From Meyerozyma guilliermondii (taxonomy: Eukaryota), in contig CP128818.1 of the NCBI GenBank assembly GCA_051546255.1, forward strand, positions 1,054,001 to 1,118,000: 64,000 bases of DNA, given 5' to 3'. The notes under the pieces were generated by a model. That model was given only the letters and a program-made list of their open reading frames with translations, was not told the DNA's origin and did no database searches. Below, in pieces: positions 9,481 to 17,089 of the stretch (position 1 is the stretch's first letter; each line of letters starts with the position of its first letter). A program made the position numbers and the translations under genes.

Positions 9481-10617
9481 ATGAATAGAGCTGTCACGTA
9501 CGATGAAAAAATCCACTGTATCGCAGACTTGGAAAAAGCTGCAAATGAAATTCTCACTCCAATGGCTCGTGATTTCATTAGTGGAGGGTCAATGGACCTC
9601 CAAACGTTAGGCGAAAACAAAGCGACGTATGACAGATACAAGCTTCGGCCTCGAGTAATGGTTGATGTGACCTCGGTAGATACAACTACCACATCTTTGG
9701 GCTCAACTGTAGCTTTTCCGCTTGGTATTTCACCTTCCGCAAACCATGGTATGGCACATCCCGACGCCGAGTTAGGAACTTCAAGGGCTGCCGCCAAGAA
9801 GGGAGTGAACATGATTCTTTCAAGCTGGACCAACTCTTCGCCTAAGGATGTTGCTAAGCAAGGGGAGAATTCTGGTATAGCTTATGCTCACCAGTTGAGT
9901 GTGGTAATGGATGAGCCAACAAATATGTCGATAATCAAGAATGCTGAGGAATGTGGCTACAAAGCACTTTTTATCAGTGTGGATTGCCCTTGGCTCGGGA
10001 GACGTTTGAATGAAATGAGAAACTCATTTACCGTTCCTCTGCATCTCAAATATCCATGCTACCCATGGATTGATAGTACTAATATGGTCAGCGACGATAT
10101 AAGAACTCAATATGATGCTTCACTCACTTGGGATTATATTCGGCAGCTTAAGAAGAAGACAAACATGCAAATTTGGCTCAAAGGAATCCTCACTGCTGAA
10201 GACGCAGCATTGGCGGTTGACGCTGGAGCAGACGGCATTCTCGTTTCTAACCATGGAGGAAGACAGCTTGATGGAGCCATGTCAACCTTGGAAGCTTTGC
10301 CGGAGATTGTTGAGGCAGTTAAGGGAAGGATTCCCGTGCATATTGATGGCGGTATTCGCCGTGGAAGCGATATTTTCAAGGCTCTTGCATTGGGAGCTGA
10401 CTACTGTTGGATTGGTCGGATTGCACTCTGGGGCTTGGCCTACAATGGAGAGAAGGGAGTCTCGTTAGCCCTTAACATCCTTCATGATGAGTTCCGCCTT
10501 GTTATGGCACTAATGGGATGTAAGTCGGTAAGCGATATAAAGCCCGAGCATTTGGCCAGGTTGGGAGCCGATGGAAGATTGACTAAATTGACTAGTAAGT
10601 CTCCAGCGAAGCTTTGA
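9481..10617 (+). CDS. FMN-dependent alpha-hydroxy acid oxidase family protein (no cytochrome b5 domain), probably peroxisomal
   Basis: 378 aa; LRPRVMVDV, LGRR, LKGIL, SNHGGRQLD, DGGIRRGSDIFKALALGA; C-terminal AKL (PTS1). Confidence 0.92.
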   Translation: MNRAVTYDEKIHCIADLEKAANEILTPMARDFISGGSMDLQTLGENKATYDRYKLRPRVMVDVTSVDTTTTSLGSTVAFPLGISPSANHGMAHPDAELGTSRAAAKKGVNMILSSWTNSSPKDVAKQGENSGIAYAHQLSVVMDEPTNMSIIKNAEECGYKALFISVDCPWLGRRLNEMRNSFTVPLHLKYPCYPWIDSTNMVSDDIRTQYDASLTWDYIRQLKKKTNMQIWLKGILTAEDAALAVDAGADGILVSNHGGRQLDGAMSTLEALPEIVEAVKGRIPVHIDGGIRRGSDIFKALALGADYCWIGRIALWGLAYNGEKGVSLALNILHDEFRLVMALMGCKSVSDIKPEHLARLGADGRLTKLTSKSPAKL

Positions 10618-11137
10618 ATTTTGTCTCAGCTAAGATATTCAAACAGGTATAATTCATTGAATCTCAAAAGATTCTATGGCTGAACTAAACCGCCTTTGAA
10701 AATGTTGACATATTTCTTCAAGTGCCTGAAACTTATGTTACCATATTTTAGTATTCACAGTAAAAAATGGCAATACTAGCAAATCATTACCTATATTCTA
10801 AACCTGCTTTGTAATGGAAGAGTTTTTTTGCAACCATTAAGTGCACCAGCTTCAAACACTTCAGATACCATGAAATTATCGATTATAAAAAGAATCTACT
10901 TTAATTATAACTACAAAGGTCTATCAAGTCAAAGGGCCCGTCAGCTTGAAAAATATGGTCAGTCCATAAAAAAATGCATAGTTATGTACTTGCGTGAAAT
11001 ATGCGAAAGTGAGTGAAAATCATCAATTGTAGCTAATTAACCAAGCAGAGTGCACACACAATAGCAAAAACATTTGCAGTCCACCGTTGAAGCGTCTCGC
11101 GTTGGCTAACCCACCATGCTGACACTGTAATCTTTGG

Positions 11138-11172
11138 CGGTAATTTCCCGAAGTAGCATCGGATATTTTCCG
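11138..11172. promoter_or_regulatory. ALDH promoter with two CGG-N7-CCG sites
   Basis: CGGtaatttcCCG 11138-11150 and CGGatattttCCG 11160-11172; TATAAAA about 11207. Confidence 0.65.
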
Positions 11173-11253
11173 ATCCGTATGCGGCTTCAACTTTAAGTTT
11201 CAATCATATAAAAAAAAGACAGCCACTAGATCCAAACAGAAATCACGCTTGGA

Positions 11254-12792
11254 ATGTCGACAACAATTCAACTATACGGAGGGAGAAAAATTGACATCAA
11301 GACAGGATTATTCATCAATAATGAGTTTCGGCCATCAGCCAATGGCTCAGTTTTGACTACTCCAAATCCAGCCACAGGAGAGAACTTGGCTACTATTAGT
11401 GCTGCTACGGTTGAAGATGTAAATGCCGCCGTGACTGCTGCCAGAACAGCCTTTGAGACGACTTGGGGAAAGAAGAGCACGCCATCTCAACGTTGTTCTC
11501 TCATTAACAAATGGGCCGATTTGATAGAGGCTAATATTGATTCTCTTGCCGAACTTGAAAGTGTTGACAATGGAAAGCCAGTTTGGATGGCTCGTGATGT
11601 CGATATTAAGGACAGCATCGGGTGTCTTCGGTACTATGCTGGACTTGCAGACAAGATAGAGGGGCGTACTATTGAACAAGAAGATGGAATAAAAATAGCT
11701 TTTACCAGAGCTGAACCTATAGGAGTATGTGGCCAGATTATTCCATGGAATTATCCCATTCAAATGTTCATGTGGAAGGTAGCTCCAGCTTTGACTGCTG
11801 GAAATACAGTTGTCATAAAGCCTGCTGAGCAAACTCCTTTAAGTGCTCTTCGGTTGGCGGAGTTGGCACTTGAAGCAGAATTTCCTCCTGGAGTCTTGAA
11901 CGTGGTCAACGGTACTGGAGCCATTACGGGAGACGCAATTTCACGTCACATGGATATTGACAAAATTGCTTTCACCGGATCAACGGTGACGGGAAGAAAA
12001 ATCATGGGAGCTGCTTCGAAGAGTAACCTCAAGAAGGTTACCCTAGAGCTAGGAGGAAAGTCCCCAGTGGTAGTCTTCGACAGTGTTGATATTGACCAAA
12101 CTGCCAATTGGGTTTGCATGGCAATTCTTTTCAACCACGGGCAGGACTGCTGTGCTGGCTCACGTCTATTTGTTCAAGAGACGATCAAGGATAAGTTTTT
12201 TGAAGTACTCAAAAGAAAAATAGAGGAAATTGAAATTGGTGACCCCGGCGTGGAAACCACTTTTATGGGACCGTTGGTTTCGAGGCAACAGCAAGAAAAG
12301 GTGAAAAAGTACATCCAGCACGGCTTGGAAGAAGGAGCTGTTTGCCTTACCGGAGGAGAGGAAACATTAGCACATTTGCCAGAGAAATTCAAGGACGGTT
12401 TTTTCGTTCCCCCAACAGTGTACACCAATTGCAAAAAGGGAATGAAGATCGTGGATGATGAAATTTTCGGACCAGTTCTTGCTGTACAGACATTTAAGAC
12501 TGAGGAGGAAGCAGTTCAGTTGTCCAACGATACTGCCTACGGATTAGGAGCCGGAGTTTTTTCCCAGAATGCATCCCAATGTATGAGAATGGTTCACGCT
12601 CTCAAGGCGGGAACAGTTTGGTGCAACCAATACATGGTATTGAGCAATGCCGTGCCATTCGGAGGTATGAAGCAGTCGGGTTTTGGCCGAGAGCTTGGCA
12701 TCGAGGGATTGAAAGAGTATACACAAACAAAAGCGGTCCATTGGAACTATGGTGAGGAAATTTCCTGGCCACTAAATGGTACCAATATATAG
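11254..12792 (+). CDS. NAD(P)-dependent aldehyde dehydrogenase
   Basis: 512 aa; IIPWNYP, KPAEQTP, FTGST, LELGGKSP, GQDCCAGSR, EIFGPV, PFGGMKQSGFGRE. Confidence 0.95.
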   Translation: MSTTIQLYGGRKIDIKTGLFINNEFRPSANGSVLTTPNPATGENLATISAATVEDVNAAVTAARTAFETTWGKKSTPSQRCSLINKWADLIEANIDSLAELESVDNGKPVWMARDVDIKDSIGCLRYYAGLADKIEGRTIEQEDGIKIAFTRAEPIGVCGQIIPWNYPIQMFMWKVAPALTAGNTVVIKPAEQTPLSALRLAELALEAEFPPGVLNVVNGTGAITGDAISRHMDIDKIAFTGSTVTGRKIMGAASKSNLKKVTLELGGKSPVVVFDSVDIDQTANWVCMAILFNHGQDCCAGSRLFVQETIKDKFFEVLKRKIEEIEIGDPGVETTFMGPLVSRQQQEKVKKYIQHGLEEGAVCLTGGEETLAHLPEKFKDGFFVPPTVYTNCKKGMKIVDDEIFGPVLAVQTFKTEEEAVQLSNDTAYGLGAGVFSQNASQCMRMVHALKAGTVWCNQYMVLSNAVPFGGMKQSGFGRELGIEGLKEYTQTKAVHWNYGEEISWPLNGTNI

Positions 12793-13044
12793 TCTGAAAT
12801 GGTTTGTATTTTTTTTCTGCCGGTTGTATCTAGCTAAAGACAGCCTTGTGTGGTATTCGAGACAAAAGAAAAGGTGAAAGGTCACAATAAACCTTCCCCC
12901 GTATCAAAAGAAAATGGCTGCGAAAAAAGAACATTCAAGAAAAATCAAAATGAACTAAAATTGGTCCTCTTGATCATGATATCAGACTTTTCAAATGCCA
13001 GCTAGGAGGCTAATTCATGACTAATACATTTAAATTGAATTTTC

Positions 13045-13161
13045 GGTTCCGGCCATACCTAGCAAGGACCACCGTTTCCGGTCTGATTGATTGTCGAAAA
13101 GCAATAAGAGCGAGACTCGTTAAGTAGTAGAAACCATACGCCAAACATTCTATCTGCAATC
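13045..13161 (+). pseudogene. Degenerate 5S rRNA gene copy
   Basis: GGTTCCGGCCATACCTAGCAAGGACCACCGTTTCCGGTCTGAT...AAGC...TAAGAGC...GTAGT...ACCATACGC...CTGCAATC is colinear with yeast 5S rRNA as recalled (GGTTGCGGCCATATCTA...CTGCAATCT); about 117 nt; box C region degraded, no T-run terminator. Confidence 0.75.
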
Positions 13162-13238
13162 ACACTCATTCTCAAGTGCTTTCAAATTTAGCATTATCAA
13201 CAATTTTTTGAGTGACTTTTAAGTTGCTCACTTTTGTA

Positions 13239-14921
13239 TCATAAAGTTTTATCACCTGGTATCTCATCATCGCTCTCATATGTGATGGCTTTAAGCTCTT
13301 TCTCTTCAGCTATTCGGTCGTTGTTCTCTTCAAAACTTTTGATGTACTTCGTATCATGAAACAGGCCCTCCGGCGACATACTAAGTGTAGGTAGTCGAGT
13401 GTCATTGCTGCATTTCATGCTAAAGGCGCTTCGAAGCTCTTCGTCATTGCCCAAGTTGAGCGCCTTCGTTGTGTAACGAGATTTCAATAAGAGAAAATTC
13501 TGGACCTTAGTGTATATGTTTTGGGGCATGGCAATGTCATTTCTGTATTTTGAGACAAGGTCAAATATTGCTTGAAGAATTGGAATATATGCAATATTGT
13601 TTGTCTGGTTGATAGAGTCTGCTACTCCGTTGGCAATTTCCAAGATTTTCACGCATAAGCCCGGTCCGTTCGATTCAAATGCAAAGTCTGAGCAATCTTT
13701 TGTATCGTTTAAGAAATCACTAGCTATGCAAACGGGATACGCAAACGTAAGCGAACCATGTTCAGAGCACTCCAGTAAAATATGAGACCGCAAACTAATA
13801 TTCCATACCAATGAACGCATCCAGTGCTTGGACGACATCACATTCATGTACTGCGTTTGTCCTGAGGCGTGAGCGAACTCTATACTGTTTAAATTTTCTT
13901 GAACTTGTACTATCCACGGACGTTTTGGAACCCAAGAGCTGTGGGAGATGTTCCCGTTAGAATAGTAATTCACTAGAGTATCAAAGAAGCTTCTATTTGG
14001 GGCTGCAAAACTTTTGACAAGTTCAATGAAGCCTCTCATCCGAACAGGATCGTCATCATCTTCGGCGACTGGGAGTGGGATTGAGTGTTCCAAGCAAACA
14101 GGAAGATTTTCCTCGATACACATGTATCTTTCAGATATGAGGAGCATGTAGTAAAATTTTGTCAAGATGTGGATTTCACGAGGCGATTTTGATTTGTATA
14201 CTTTTGGATCATGTAGCTTCATCAATTGGGTAAAGTTTATAGCTTCCTTCATGTACATGAGACCACAGGACATTCCACCTCGAATATTAACGTAGTAAAT
14301 GTACAACAGAAACGAGATAAGGACATTGTCCATTGTCTGTAATGCCCTAAAATTTATCATGTTTCTTATTCTAATGGCCTCATCAGCGAACACGGCAGGA
14401 TCTACTCCATTGAGTTTAAAGTTTATAGGATTCTCGGAGTTCAAGAAGGTGAGCTGATTCGAAACAGCGGCAGCAACTGCACATAGAAGAGAGTAGCATA
14501 GTATGTTTTCAGTTGTAGCTTCAATAGGGTCACTTGCTATCAAAAACGCTCTCCGTAAAAGTGACTTCACGGGAATAATGGGCCAATTTCCGTAATAGTA
14601 CGACTTGTAAATGTGAAGAAAAGGTATCAATCGTCCTATAGCGATGGTGTTTCCGAGAGTTTTCCGCAGCTTTACAACTCTAAGTTCCGCGATACTCAAA
14701 TTTGAATCCTTAGTGATCGTTTCCGGTTTACTTTCGAACCTACTGAGGGTACAAGGAATGTTCCTTTTCACACACCTCGAACAAGGGAGCTGAGTATCAC
14801 ATTTAACCTTTGTTTGAGCACATTTGTCACATGGGCGTGAGTATCTGGCCCTTTTGGTACGTTTTGCATGGTTGTAGTTTTTCAAATTTAGGCATTTCCA
14901 GCTATTGCTTGCGTTCCCCAT
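13239..14921 (-). CDS. Zn(II)2Cys6 transcription activator, MAL-activator/Suc1 family
   Basis: PCDKCAQTKVKCDTQLPCSRCVKRNIPC; WPIIP; ISERYMC; AFESNGPGLCVKILEIANG. Confidence 0.85.
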   Translation of the reverse strand: MGNASNSWKCLNLKNYNHAKRTKRARYSRPCDKCAQTKVKCDTQLPCSRCVKRNIPCTLSRFESKPETITKDSNLSIAELRVVKLRKTLGNTIAIGRLIPFLHIYKSYYYGNWPIIPVKSLLRRAFLIASDPIEATTENILCYSLLCAVAAAVSNQLTFLNSENPINFKLNGVDPAVFADEAIRIRNMINFRALQTMDNVLISFLLYIYYVNIRGGMSCGLMYMKEAINFTQLMKLHDPKVYKSKSPREIHILTKFYYMLLISERYMCIEENLPVCLEHSIPLPVAEDDDDPVRMRGFIELVKSFAAPNRSFFDTLVNYYSNGNISHSSWVPKRPWIVQVQENLNSIEFAHASGQTQYMNVMSSKHWMRSLVWNISLRSHILLECSEHGSLTFAYPVCIASDFLNDTKDCSDFAFESNGPGLCVKILEIANGVADSINQTNNIAYIPILQAIFDLVSKYRNDIAMPQNIYTKVQNFLLLKSRYTTKALNLGNDEELRSAFSMKCSNDTRLPTLSMSPEGLFHDTKYIKSFEENNDRIAEEKELKAITYESDDEIPGDKTL

Positions 14922-15137
14922 TTATCGGACTTCTCGATTGAGATTCCGAAACGAGATTATTTCGGTGAGAAAATGTGGGGTAAAATATATTACAGCCCTC
15001 TACGTGCTCCCGGGTGTGCGGCACGTACACAGCCTTGGCCGTTGTATTGTATCACATCCAGTTATTACTAATACGCAAATCAGGAAAAACCGAAACGGAT
15101 TAAAACCAATATTTTATTTGCAGCCGATCATACGTAA

Positions 15138-16790
15138 TTATTTAATTTCCAGCACTATTTCATTTTCATCATTAATATCAAGTTTATAACTAGCAAACTT
15201 GGTAAGTGGCACTTTTCTTTCAAAAAGAATATCCAACTCCTCGTAGGTGCGGTCTTTGGTTTCTGGTAGCCGGAAAATTGCCCATATGAGAGTAAGAAAA
15301 CTGGTTCCGAACCAAATGAAACCTGTTCTTCCTTTCAATCCCAAATTACCAGGATTGATGAAGTACGGCTCTACCACCTGAGCAGTTAACTGACAGAGAT
15401 TGTAGGCGTTTCTTCCAATGGCAATCGACTGGGATCTTAATCTGGTACTTGAAACCTCACTCGTAATGGTGTACGCTAAGGGTGCAAGAGTCAAGACAAA
15501 CGATACAACCCATGCAAAGGTGCAACCGACTTGTGCCCATGCTACCAGTGGGTTATTGTCTGCTGGAGTCTGTAAGACCCCAATAAGTAATAGAAAGAGG
15601 GTCATAAAGAAAATACCAGTAATGTAAATCTTTCTTCTGCCCACTTTTCCAGCAATGAACCACGAAACGAAAGTACCAACCCACGCAAGTCCAGTGATAC
15701 CTAAGTTCAAGTTGTACGTTTGTGTGCTATTCAATCCCACCTGGGAGAAAAAGTAAGAAGGAGAGTAAGCAAAGTTGTTACCTCCCAAAACTTGCCCTGC
15801 AATGGACATACAAGCGATTTCTGTTCTCCTTCTGTTGGGGCCCTTGAAACACTCGACATAAGATTTCCAACCTTTGAAGCGGTCATCGAACTCGGACGCT
15901 TGTTTCATTTCCAATTCATTGGTGTGAATTAAAAGTTTCAACTTCCGCTTGATATTTGGATGAATAGACTTCGATGAAAGTCTCTTCAATGACTTCTCCG
16001 CTTCTTCTACCCGTCCTTTACGAACGAGCCAATACGGTGAATCAGGAGAAAGTAAAGTCAAGACAAAAATGGGAGGTATCCATACCCATTGTATAGCAAA
16101 AGGCAACCTATAAGCCCATTGAGTAGTGTCGTTAAGCATAGCTTTCAACACCCCTGCAGCAATAAGTTGACCAGTAGCCCAGCACATCATAACGTACGCC
16201 GATAAGAAGCCACGAAGAGGCAATGGGGCAACTTCGGAAGCATAAATCAACCCGATGACGGAAAAGAAACCCCAGGGAAAGCCGTTGAGAATTTGGCCAA
16301 CAAAAAGCATCTCAACATTTTTGGCAAATACAGTGACGAAAATGAACGCTGCCATGAAGAACAAGCTAACAATGATGATTTTTCTGTGTCCATATTTCTC
16401 AACCAAAACTCCATTGAATGCCAAAGCAATGATTATTCCAATACTACTGCCACAACCCAAAGCACTCTGCCAGGGACCAGTGATCTGATAGCTTCCGGGA
16501 GAGATCTCTTTCCCGTACCTTTTTTGGAAAGATGGATAAGCGAAGAGAGACAGAATAAGAATACTGTCGTAAGCTTCCATCAAAATAGTTCCACTCATAA
16601 CCATGGACCAAAAAATGGCAGGTTTGTAGTCTTTAAGAGCTTGTTTTGCCAGCAAAGCATGCTCTTCTTCGGTAGCCTTCCTAGCATCGTGCAATATCGT
16701 ATTTTCCCTGGCCGTGGAAGACATCTGAGAGTTACCGTCTTCTTCCTGTTCCACGTGGTTCACCTCGATCTTTTCATTCATTGAAGACAT
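15138..16790 (-). CDS. MFS sugar porter, Mal11/Mal31 alpha-glucoside-permease-like
   Basis: Start moved to MSSMNEK (16790; TATAAA at 16824-16829 on the minus strand); MEAYD, YASEVAPLPLRG, WAYRLPFAIQW, PDSPYWLVRKG, RRRTEIAC, RLPETKDRTYEELDILFE. Confidence 0.9.
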   Translation of the reverse strand: MSSMNEKIEVNHVEQEEDGNSQMSSTARENTILHDARKATEEEHALLAKQALKDYKPAIFWSMVMSGTILMEAYDSILILSLFAYPSFQKRYGKEISPGSYQITGPWQSALGCGSSIGIIIALAFNGVLVEKYGHRKIIIVSLFFMAAFIFVTVFAKNVEMLFVGQILNGFPWGFFSVIGLIYASEVAPLPLRGFLSAYVMMCWATGQLIAAGVLKAMLNDTTQWAYRLPFAIQWVWIPPIFVLTLLSPDSPYWLVRKGRVEEAEKSLKRLSSKSIHPNIKRKLKLLIHTNELEMKQASEFDDRFKGWKSYVECFKGPNRRRTEIACMSIAGQVLGGNNFAYSPSYFFSQVGLNSTQTYNLNLGITGLAWVGTFVSWFIAGKVGRRKIYITGIFFMTLFLLLIGVLQTPADNNPLVAWAQVGCTFAWVVSFVLTLAPLAYTITSEVSSTRLRSQSIAIGRNAYNLCQLTAQVVEPYFINPGNLGLKGRTGFIWFGTSFLTLIWAIFRLPETKDRTYEELDILFERKVPLTKFASYKLDINDENEIVLEIK

Positions 16791-16823
16791 TGTATTGGAG
16801 AAAAACATCGGAAAGACTGTCCA

Positions 16824-17053
16824 TTTATAGCATAGCATTGTGGGAGTTTGCAGCCGCATCAGGTGGGATTCTCCGTGGGACGTACCCCACAATTCTCGGA
16901 ATCCATTTTAGGAAACCGGATCTGCAGCCTTAAAAGATCTTGCATATGTATGATCGGAAAACCCAATGCGGAATCCGGTTGCAAAGGAGGAGAAGCGATT
17001 TCGGAATCAGAACTCAATCGAGAAGTGGTGGAGAACAGAGGGGGACTATATAA
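16824..17053. promoter_or_regulatory. Bidirectional permease/GH127 promoter with three CGGAATC repeats, a Mig1-type box and two TATA boxes
   Basis: CGGAATC at 16897, 16969, 17002; CCCCACAATT 16885-16894 (AATTGTGGGG on minus); TATA at 16824 (minus) and about 17047 (plus). Confidence 0.55.
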
Positions 17054-17089
17054 GGGCATACTGCCCAAATATATTTAACTTCACCAAAA

